Under the pieces are notes generated by a model, which saw only the letters and a program-made list of their open reading frames with translations, searched no databases and was not told the DNA's origin. A DNA stretch of 64,000 nucleotides from Malacoraja senta. Its lineage: Eukaryota. Each line of letters begins with the position of its first letter. Position 1 is the stretch's first letter. This document shows positions 50,577-60,915 of this stretch, one piece after another. The DNA is taken from assembly GCA_038087875.1 (NCBI GenBank), contig CM075977.1, forward strand, positions 47,430,001 to 47,494,000, read 5' to 3'. The position numbers and the translations under genes were made by a program.

Positions 50577-51693
50577 AAAAAAATAAAAAATATATTTTTA
50601 TTGGAAGCGTAAACACATAATAGCAACACGGTTTGTTTATCAATTACATTCATACACAGCTTCTATTCTTTTTATAGAATTTTTTAAAAGATAGAACTGA
50701 AAAGAAAGATCTATAAACTAATAGAAAGGAAGGGATAAAGAGAGAGAGAAAAAAAGAGAGAAAGAAAAAACAAAAAACAAAAAACAAAGAAAATTACCAA
50801 TAACAGTTTTGGAGATAGGTCCATAGATTATAAGGCGTAGTTATTCATCCAATCCTGAGCTCGGGTTTCAGTCCAGCTTCTGTGTTGAACCAGTTTACCT
50901 CTTTAAAAAAATCAATAAATGGAGACCATATTCGAACAAATAGTTCTGGTTTGTCAATTAAGACAAGTCTAATTTTTTCCAAGTGTAAGGTCTCAGACAT
51001 TACTGTAATCCACATTTTAATTGTGGGGGTTGTTGGATTTTTCCAAAATCTTAGTATTAATTTTTTCCCAGTGATTATACTGTAATCAAGAACATTTCTT
51101 TGATTTGTTGTAAGTTTTATACTTTGTTCTGATATTCCCAATATTATTAATTTTGGATCGGGATCCAGTTGAATATTAACAACTTCAGAAATAATTTAAA
51201 AAATGTCCATCCATTTTTTTAAAATTTTTATGCAATTTACCAAGGTATGTGTAAATTGGGTTCTAGGTACTGACATTTATCACAGATAGGTGAGATATTT
51301 GGAAAAACTCGGTTTAATTTTGTTTTGGAGTAATTATAATCTATGTAGTACTTTAAATTCTATTACAGAGTGTCTGGCATTTAACGAACAGTAATGTATA
51401 TGTTGTAAGCTTTCATCCCATATATCCTTCGTTATGGATTGAGCCAATTCATTTTCCATGCTTGTCTGTGTGGTTCTGTCGACGGGACCTCAGTATCTAA
51501 CAGGATATTATAAATGTAGGATATTAATTTATCTGTGTTAGGATGTTTATTCAAACATTCATCGAGGATTTCTGGGTCCTTAGTTCTATGCACCTGTGTG
51601 TGTGATTTTATATAATCTCTAAGTTGCAAGTATCTAAAAAAAATATTTTGATGTAGTCCATAATTCTGTTGTAGCTCCTGGAATGAAAGAAGG

Positions 51694-51756
51694 ATTTTAC
51701 TTCGGAGTCACGTGAGTGACTACGTGAAGAAGCCCCGTCCAGCCGCACACGCGTCA
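51694..51756 (+). repeat. DIRS left terminal repeat
   Basis: 51694-51730 is the reverse complement of ICR 56483-56519; 51721-51756 is inverted with 56713-56748 (one mismatch). Confidence 0.9.
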
Positions 51757-51942
51757 TTATCGATCAGACGCATAGCGTTCATGACCGTGTGTGGAGGAGC
51801 AGGAGCTCCTCCAGCCGGTGAGTAAAACAAAAGTAAAACAAAAGTCGGAAGGTAAGTGGGTTACTTTTCACTTACAGGAGCGTTTCCTTCCCGTTTAGAC
51901 GTGTTGGTGGAGCTCCACTCAAGTTTATTATGGAGAAATGGG

Positions 51943-53300
51943 ATGGAGAGGCGGCCAGGGACGCACCGTAGTAAAACCCCAGATCCTAAGGGTAGCGGGC
52001 GTCAGTCAGGGGAGTCAGTGGCAGCGAAGCCATTAACTCCCGTTGTGGTCGAATGTGCGTTAAACCGCCGGCGGCGGGGCGCAAGGCTGAGAAAAAATAT
52101 ATATATATATATATATATATATAATAATGAATAAATAAAAATCGTCCCGACCCGTAGACTCAGATGAGTTAGACCCGGAGGTATGCCCTCCTCAGGCAGG
52201 AAAGAGTATTACACTGCAAGGACCAAAAACTTTATAACTCCTTATGGGGCAGATGATTTGTAAAGAACCCCAACAGGAGGATTTAAGTCGGTGTTGGCCA
52301 ATGAAGTATAGCACAGGAGGTGCCTTGGAACAGGCACAAGGGTGGCCTACAGGAGAGCCATCAGTGCCTGTGCAGAAACATTAAAGAGGTTGGCCTACAG
52401 GAGAGCCAGTGCCCAAAAATGCCAGAAAAAAGGCAAGTTATGTGTTGGCCTATTGGAGAGCCAGTACTAGAAATGCCTGAACAAAAGGCAGCACAAACGT
52501 GCAATGATAAATGTGCCAGCACCGACAAATATAAAGAGTAAAAATAATGAAGCGTTGGCCTAGAATTGAGCCAGCGGCAGCAACACCTGAAGCAGGGCTG
52601 CCTGTCCGTGGGCCTACAAGAGAGCCCGCGCAGGGGGAATCTGGCAGAGACTTACCTGAAACAGGGGAGCCAGAAATTACCCAACATAAAAATGAATATC
52701 TAGATTTAGATGATGATTTAAATGAGGACAAGAGCCCATTATCAGAGCCACAAATGTTCCAAGGCTGGCACAAAACTTTGCTGTTCCCAGAGTAACAGGG
52801 GAACCTTTGAGAGAGGAAATAGCTATGACTATAAATTATCTACTCTCCAATCAGCCCCAGGAATTAACCATGGATTAAACTATCAAAAAATATTAGACCT
52901 GGGAAATTGTAGCAGTTACAGCAGTGAATAACTTGATATGGGTAATTTGAGCAGTGGTTTACGCTCACAAGAATTGAAATTACACAAGTGCTGAAATTTT
53001 TGGGGTCAGCGGTTTGGATGAAGGTTATATATCGTATTCACAACAAAATGCCTTAGCACTCATGTGTAGTGCGCACTTTGAAATAAATTGTATTCATAAA
53101 AATGCAATAAGACCAAATATTCATCCTAAGTATGCAGGCTCTGCAAACCATCCAATATACAAATGCCTAAATCTGTTTTGGAGAAAATCTAGCAACGAAA
53201 CTAAAGGATCACCTATGCTGAGCAGAGCGGTGAGAAGGCAGTATCCCTACAGGCGAAATGTGGTGCTGGAGAAGGAACAATCCTATCATTCTCGTATACA
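51943..53300 (+). pseudogene. DIRS ORF1 (gag-like), disrupted
   Basis: C-terminal NALALMCSAHFEINCIHKNAIRPNIHPKY..FGENL-like block resembles DIRS gag; multiple stops/frameshifts and an (AT)n insert. Boundaries approximate. Confidence 0.55.
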
Positions 53301-53429
53301 CGTTGACGTGCTGCACCGAGGATACGTGGAGGTTACAATATGCCTACTAGAAGGACAACAACTGCCGGTGGAAAACCCCGAGGTTAGGGGGCTTGGTCTG
53401 GTAAGAAACACAACAAATGTTTCACACTC

Positions 53430-54890
53430 ACAAATAGGGGGAAGGTTACGATTCTTCCTAAAAGAATGGCAATCAATAACAAATGATTCATTTATTCTAT
53501 GTAGCATTGTAGGATTCAAAATTGAGTTCTCTCCACGTTTGGATCCTCCAATTCAGCATAATTCAAACTGGTCACAGATTTTTTCAAAGGAAGAGAATGG
53601 GTTGATCAAAGGAGAATTTAAAAATGTTATGCAGAAAAGGATGATATAAATGTCAGTAGAACAACACCATCAGTTTGTGTCAAATATTCTCCTAGGAATA
53701 TTCTCCTAGAAAAGGGATGGTGGACGTAGAATCATTTCCGATCTGACAAATCTTAACCTTTATGTACAATAGAAACATTTCAAAATGGAAACATTTACTA
53801 ATGCCATTTAGCTAGTCACAAAGAATGCTACAAGGCAAGCATAGATCTGCAAAATGCATATTATTCTGTGGCAATGCATGGTAATGATCAAAGATATTTG
53901 AAATTTAGATGGATGAGTCAGTTATGGCAATTTAAAGCATTGCCCAATGGTCTGATTTCAGCACCAAGATTATTCACTAAATTGCTCAAACCAATTTTAG
54001 CTCTGTTAAGAGCTGAGGGCCATGTATTAATGGCTTATTTAGATGATATCCTCATTGTAGGGGACACTTTGGCTGCTGCAAAATTGTCAGTATCCAGACA
54101 AACACATTTTGAGAAATTAGGTTTCATTATTCACCTACAAAAATCTAAATTGTTACCAAGCAAAAGATTGATTACCTAGGGTTCACAATTAACTCCGAAC
54201 ACATGGTAATCACTTTGCCAAAAGATAAAAAGCTGCAGTTAATTGAAGGTTGCATAAAACTCATTAACGAGGACACACCTTCAATTAGAGAAGTGGCAAG
54301 CTTGCTAGGCAAATTAATTGCAGGGTTTCCAGCGGTCACGTTTGGACCATTGCATTATCAATGTTTACAGAGAGCTAAGGTACAAGCGTTAAAAATGAAT
54401 AGAGGGCATTTTGATAGGCCCATGAAATTAACAATTCAATCCATTACAGAAATAGAATGGTGGATTAACAATGTTTCTAATGCTTCCAGAAAAGTTCTGG
54501 TAGAAACACCTTCCGTCACTCGACAGACTGATGTAAGTGCGCTGAGTTGGGGCGCTATTAACATGATTTCCAGCTGTGGAGGTAGGTGGAATGTGAATGA
54601 AGTACCTTTGCTGGGAAAAACTGGGAATCAATTACCTAGAGCTGTTAGGCGCATTTTACGGCCTTAGAGCTTATTGCACTGATATGGGAAATGTGCATGT
54701 TCAGGTACAGGTTGACAATACTACAGCTGTAGCATACATAAATCACATGGGTGGTATAAAATCAGAATCATGTGATAAATTGGCAAATGAAATTTGGACC
54801 TGGGGTATTGCCAGAAAAATGTGTCTGTCAGCAATATATTTACCAGGTAAAAATTAATACAATTGCAGACAAAAGATCACGTAAATTTAA
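53430..54890 (+). pseudogene. DIRS reverse transcriptase plus RNase H, disrupted
   Basis: IGGRLRFFLKEW, HFKME, IDLQNAYYSV, ALPNGLISAPRLFTK, AYLDDIL (54036-54047), TDVSALSWGA, INYLELLGA, VDNTTAVAYINHMGG, ADKRSR. Confidence 0.9.
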
Positions 54891-55334
54891 TGATAATACA
54901 GAATGGAAGTTAAATCGGAAAATATTCACACAAATTATCACACAATTTGGAATGCCAGAAATTGATCTGTTTGCATCAAGATTGAACCACCAGTTGCCTA
55001 AGTATGTGTCATGGGAACCTGATCCTGGAGCAGTAGTGGTGGATGTTTTCTCGCTACATTGGGGTGGTATGTTTCTGTATGTTTTTCCACCATTTTGTTT
55101 AATCCACAAATGCATACAGAAAATTAAACAAGATTCAGCCTCAGGGATTTTGGTAGAACCAGATTGGCCTACACAGGTATGGTACGCACTGGTGTTAAAA
55201 ATGGGGGGAAAAAAAAAAGAAAAAAAAAAACCCTTATGGTTATTCCAAAGCAGATTAAATTGCTTGTACACCCTGTGACTAATGAATCACATCCTTTACA
55301 TAATCGTATTGGTTTGTTGATTTGCAGATTCTAA
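54890..55334 (+). pseudogene. DIRS phage-type DNA N6-adenine methyltransferase-like domain
   Basis: EW.L....F, PEIDLFASRLNHQL, DVFSLHW, YVFPPF (55078-55095), PDWPTQVWY; frameshift at the poly-A run near 55210-55230. Confidence 0.8.
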
Positions 55335-56315
55335 GAAGGCCATATCTTGGAAAAAGATTATCAGACCGTACGGTGGATGTTATGAGAGCAACCTGGAGGA
55401 ATAGTACCCAGAAGCAGTACATTTCCTAAATAAAGAAATGGGAGGTGTTTTGTTCAGGAAAGAATATTGCATATAACACAGCAGAAATTTCAGATGTAAT
55501 AGAGTTTCTTTCAACTCTACATTATGAATTGAAATTAAATTATAGTGCAATTAATACTGCACGAAGTGCACTCTCTGCATATTTAAGCAGTAAATCAGAA
55601 CAAACTCCAATTGGAGCACATCCTTGGGTCTGTAGGTTTATGAAAGGAATTTTCAACTCTAATCCTCCCAGACCCAGGTATACAGAAATTTGTAATGTAA
55701 AAGATGTACTGATGTTCCTAAGGAATTGGAATCCAGTTGAAACTCTGTCATTATCCAAAATTACCATGAAATTGATTATGATCATGGCATTAGTTTCAGC
55801 ACTGAGTTCAAACATTACAGAAACTCAGAATTGATGGAATGAAAGTGGGGCAAAATGCCGTGACATTCTATGTCCATGATTTACTGAAGTAAAGTAGACC
55901 TGGGTTCACAGGATGCAAGTTGGAATTTTTAGCATATCCTACAGATTCACGACTGTGTGTAGTAACATATGTGAAATGTTACATAGAAACAACAAAAGTT
56001 TTAAGAGGCGCCGAATTGGCATTTTTTATTAGTCATAAAAAGCCTCATAAGAAAGTGTCAACACAAACAATTTCACGATGGTTGAAACAGGTGTTGAGAT
56101 ATTCAGGTATTGATACTGATAAATTTAAATCTCATTCCACCAGGGCGGCATCAACATCAGCGGCCAGGGATTTAGACGTGCTAATAGACCTTATTCTCAT
56201 GGTCGCAGGATGGGCAAGTGAACAGATGTTTCACAAGTATTACCACAAGGAGATTAAAGATCTAAGAGGGTTTGGTGATGCCGTGCTGGATACAGTATTA
56301 AATCCCCCATTATAA
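55331..56315 (+). pseudogene. DIRS tyrosine recombinase, disrupted
   Basis: WRNSTQKQY, YSAINTARSALS, HPWVCRFMKG, LCVV, TISRWLK, HSTRAASTS (56133-), AGW....F..YY. Confidence 0.9.
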
Positions 56316-56482
56316 TAAATGGGTCTAATTTTGTTACTTTTATTAAAATAAATAAAACCATTAACTGATTACATTCAAATGTTGTGGTTATGCATTGTTG
56401 ATTGTGCTTACTCAAATAGAGTCAATCGATGCAGTGAACACCTGGATTTGAATCCACGGTGTGAAATCACAGAGCTTTGAAA

Positions 56483-56596
56483 TCTTCACGTAGTCACTCA
56501 CGTGACTCCGAAGTAAAATAGTAAGATTAAACGAGAACTTACCAAGTTTGAAGTTTGATCTTTATTTTATGAGGAGTAACGTTGAGGGATTACGTG
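56483..56596 (+). repeat. DIRS internal complementary region (ICR)
   Basis: Reverse complement of the left end joined through AAT to the reverse complement of the right end (56743-56822). Confidence 0.92.
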
Positions 56597-56712
56597 CCCT
56601 CTGCTCCCACCCTCATAAAAGGATCAAGCTGGTAGTTCTAAGTCTTTATGCATCTTACTATCATACTTCAGTAATTATCGTCTGTGATTGTCACTCCGCT
56701 GCTTTGAAAGAT

Positions 56713-56822
56713 TGATGCGTGTGCGGCTGGACGGGGCTTCTTCACGTAATCCCTCAACGTTACTCCTCATAAAATAAAGATCAAACTTCAAACTTGGTAA
56801 GTTCTCGTTTAATCTTACTATT
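56713..56822 (+). repeat. DIRS right terminal repeat with 3' extension
   Basis: First 36 nt are inverted with the left repeat; last about 80 nt are complementary to the ICR. Confidence 0.9.
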
Positions 56823-57715
56823 CCCTTTCGATATAGGTGTCCCACTTTTGTAATTCCATAGTTTTTCCATTTTGCAAATCCTTTATCTAATACGGACAGT
56901 TTAAATGAAGGGTTATTTAAGATAGGAAGAAGAAGTGATAAATTATCCAATTTTAAAGTCTTTTTTAATTGTTTCCAGGTTCGCATACCACTATGTATTA
57001 TCGGGTTTCCACTATAAGTTTTTTAAATCAATTTTGTAGGTGTTAACAAAATCGTGCCAATTTCAAAAGGTAGGCAGTCCTCTTTTTCCATATTTAACCA
57101 ATCTGGTTGTTGATCCAGATCCTCCAACCAGAAGTTCATATTTTTGATATTAACTGCCCCAAAATAAAATAGAAAATTTGGTAAAACTAATCCACCATTC
57201 ATCTTAGATTTACACAGGTGTTTTTTACTTATTCGATGGTTCTTGTAGTCCCAAATAAAACTTGTAACAATAGAGTCAAGTTAAAAAAAAAAAAATGTTG
57301 GAAGATAGATCGGGATTGATTGAAATAAGTACAGTATTAGTGGGAGGAAAGTCATTTTTATGGCATTAATTCTACCAAACATTGAAATGGGGAGTGTTTT
57401 CCAATATTGAATATTCTTATGTAATTTATTGAGTGGGGGAGGAAAGTTTGATTTAAATAAAGACGCATATTTCTTAGTCACGTAAATACCAAGGTATTTA
57501 AACTTTTCGTAGACTATTTTAAAAGGAGATTTTTGCAATATATATGGGTTTGGTTCCGTTACTGGCATAATTTCACTTTTATTCCAATTAATTCTATATC
57601 CCGAGAATGAGCCTAATTGCGTTTAATAAATTCGGAATACTAGTTTCTGAATTTGTGATGAATAATAATACATCATCTGCATATAAATACATTTTATTAA
57701 CTGTATCTTTAGTAT

Positions 57716-59991
57716 GTTTTGGGGAGCACTTCGGGTCCAGTGATCACAATACCATTAGTTTCAATATAATTATGGAGAAGGTCAGAACTGGACCAAGGGT
57801 TGAGATTTTTGATTGGAGAAAGGCTAACTTTGAGGAGATGCGAAAGGATTTAAAAGGAGTTAATTGGGACATTTTGTTTTATGGGAAGGATGTAGTAGAG
57901 AAATGGAGGACATTTAAAGGTGAAATTTTAAGTGTACAGAATCTTTATGTCCCTGTTCGGTTGAATGGAAAGAGTAATAATTGGAAAGTGCCATGGTTTT
58001 CAAGGGAAATTGGACATGGTTCGGAAAAAGAGAGAGATCTACAATAATTATAGGCAGCATGGAGTAAATGAGGTGCTTGAGTATAAAGAATGTAAAAAGA
58101 ATCTTAAGAAAGAAATTAGAAAAGCTAAAAGAAGATATGAGGTTGCTTTGGCAAGTAAGGTGAAAGTAAATCCAAAGGGTTTCTACAGCTATATTAATAG
58201 CAAAAGGATAACGAGGGATAAAATTGGTCCATTAGAGAGTCAGAGTGGACAGCTATCTGCAGAGCCAAAAGAGATGGGGGAGATATTGAACAATTTCTTT
58301 TCTTCGGTATTCACCAAGGAGAATGATATTGAATTATGTGAGGTAAGGGAAACAAGTAGAGTAGCCATGGAAACTATGAGGATCAAAGAAGAGGAAGTAC
58401 TGACACTTTTGAAAAATATAAAAGTGGATAAGTCTCCAGGTCCTGACAGGATATTCCCTAGGACATTGAGGAAAGTTAGTGTAGAAATAGCAGGGGCTAT
58501 GAAAGAAATATTTCAAATGTCATTAGAAACGGGAATGGTGCCGGACGATTGCCGCATGTTGTTCCATTGTTTAAAAAGGGTTCTAAGAGTAAACCTAGCA
58601 ATTATAGACCTGTTAGTTTGACGTCAGTGGTGGGCAAATTAATGGAAAGGATACTTAGAGATAATATATATAATCATCTGGATAAACAGGGTCTGATTAG
58701 GAACAGTCAACATGGATTTGTGCCTGGAAGGTCATGTTTGACCTCTTGAATTTTTTGAAGAGGTTACTAGGGAAATTGATACGGGTAAAACAGTGGATGT
58801 TGTCTATATGGACGTCAGTAAGGCCTTTGACAAGGTTCCACATGGAAGTTTGGTTAAGAAGGTTCAATTGTTGGGTATTAATAGTGGAGTAGCAAGATGG
58901 ATTCAACAGTGGCTGAATGGGAGATACCAGAGAATAATGGTGGATAACTGTTTGTCAGGTTGGAGGCCGGTGACTAGTGGGGTGCCTCAGGGATCTGTGT
59001 TGTGTCCACTGTTGTTTGTCATATACATCAATGATCTGGATGATGGTGTGGTAAATTGGATTAGTAAGTATGCAGATGATACTAAGATAGGTGGTGTTGT
59101 GGGTAATGAAGTAGATTTTCAAAGTACAGAGAGATTTAGGCCATTTGGAAGAGTGGGCTGAAAGATGGTAGATGGAGTTTAATGCTGATAAGTGTGAGGT
59201 GCTACATCTTGGCAGGACAAATCAAAATAGGACGTACATGGTAAATGGTAGCAAATTGAGGTATGCAGTTGAACAGAGGGATCTAGGAATAACTGTGCAT
59301 AGGTCCCTGAAGGTAGAATCTCATGCAGATAGGGTGGTAAAGAAAGCTTTTGGTGTGCTGGCCTTTATAAATCAGAGCAAGAGTATCGAAGTTGGGATGT
59401 AATGTTAAAATTGTACAAGGCATTGGTGAGGCCAATTCTGGAGTATAGTGTACAATTTTGGTCGCCAAATTATAGGAAAGATGTCAACAAAATAGAGAGA
59501 GTACAGAGGAGATTTACTAGAATGTTGCCTGGGTTTCAGCACCTAAGTTACAGAGAAAGGTTGAACAAGTTAGGTCTTTATTCTTTGGAGCACAGAAGGT
59601 TAAGGGGGGACTTGATAGAGGACTTTAAAATTATGAGAGGGATAGACAGAGTTGATGTGGATAAGCTTTTTCCATTGAGAGTAGGGAAGATTCAAACAAG
59701 AGGACATGATTTGAGAATTAAGGGACAAAAGTTTAGGGGTAACATGAGGGGGAACTTCTTTACTCAGAGAGTGGTAACTGTGTGGAATGAGCTTCCAGTG
59801 GAAGTGGTGGAGGCAGGTTCGATTTTATCATTTTATAAATAAATTGGATAGGTATATGGACGGGAAAGGAATGGAGGGTTATGGTCTGAGTGCAGGTAGA
59901 TGGGACTAGGTGAGAGTAAGTGTTCGGCACAGACTAGAAGGGCCGAGATGGCCTGTTTCCGTGCTGTAATTATTATATGGTTATATGGTTA
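57716..59991 (+). mobile_element. 5'-truncated CR1 LINE (end of endonuclease, RT, 3' UTR)
   Basis: GSSDHN, KSPGPD, NYRPVSLTS, SKAFDKVPH, GVPQGSVL, YADDTK; (TTATATGG)n tail; TSD TAGTAT at 57710-57715 and 59992-59997; few frameshifts. Confidence 0.95.
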
Positions 59992-60214
59992 TAGTATTGT
60001 ACCCATAAATTTCTGGATGAGCTCTGATACTTTCTGCAAGTGGTTCAATAGCTAAGGCAAATAGTAACGGAGATAGTGGGCATCCTTGTCTACAACCTCT
60101 AGATAGATTGAATTTGGGTGATAACATTTGATTTGTCAATATTCTAGCTGACGGATTAGTATATAGGAGTTTAACCCATGTACAAAACTTCTCATCAAAT
60201 TGAAAAATGTCCAT

Positions 60215-60915
60215 CACAGTTTGTCTGTCCTTTTCGTCTTTTTTGTTATTTATAGTGAGTTTAAAAAGTTTGTGTTAATGTTCTCCGGTTTGTTTTGTGT
60301 AGGGGGTGGGCGGGGGAAACTTTTTTTCAATCTCTTACCTTGCCGGATATGCGATTGTTTTCCGGGTTGTATCTCTGGTCACTCTGCAGCCTAACATCGT
60401 GGAGCTGGAGGCCTTGCTTGGGATGAACTTTGAGTCCCACTGCGGAGTGTGGACTTACCATCGGAGCCGATTCCTTGCCTGGGATCGACGCTCCAATCGT
60501 GGCCAGCAGACTTTAACATCATGGAGCTCTCAGTCTCGGGTTGAGACCTAACGGGAGGCTCTAACGACGCAAAAGTTTCGATTAGCCCCGACCCGGGGTC
60601 AGATCGCCCGGCGCAGGGGAGCTGAGATCCCCCCCGGTGCAGGAGCTTAATCGCCCTGACGAGGAGGCTTGCCACTGGCTTCGGGAGTAAGATCATCCCA
60701 TCAATGGAAGGTTAGAGGCCCCCAACTGCTGGAGGACAAGGAGGGGAAGAGATTGAACTTTTTTTCGCCTTCCATCACAGTGAGGAATGTGGAGGAGACA
60801 ATGTGGTGGATGTTTATGTTAAAATGTATTTTGTGTGCTCTGATGCTTTTTATTAGTATGACTGTATGGCAAATCAAATTCCCTGTATGTTGTAAAACAT
60901 ACTTGGCTAATAAAG
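60215..60915 (+). mobile_element. Remainder of modular retroposon copy 4
   Basis: Shared 5' block, degenerate GGAGCT..ATCGCCC repeats, hairpin block at 60771, 3' end ..catacttggctaataaag. Confidence 0.75.

Larger units (their letters stand above)
51694..56822 (+). mobile_element. DIRS1-type tyrosine-recombinase retrotransposon, full length, degenerate
   Basis: gag, RT (YLDD), RNase H, methyltransferase-like and YR remnants; inverted repeat 51721-51756 / 56713-56748; ICR 56483-56596; ATT at both ends. Confidence 0.95.
50577..60214 (-). mobile_element. 5'-truncated L1/Tx1-clade LINE (about 2.2 kb of its own sequence) hosting DIRS and CR1 insertions
   Basis: RGCRQGCPLSPLLFALAIEPLA, LYADDVLL, FKYLGIYVT, GRINAIKM, C-terminal CDKC knuckle, AATAAA near 50590; 26-bp TSD CACAGTTTGTCTGTCCTTTTCGTCTT at 50551-50576 and 60215-60240. 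Confidence 0.9.

Noticed and set aside
53430-56315. RT plus Dam-like methylase plus integrase as a prophage, retron, DGR or bacterial contamination
   Set aside because: Domain order, ITR/ICR termini and seamless insertion into a vertebrate L1 identify it as a DIRS1 retrotransposon.
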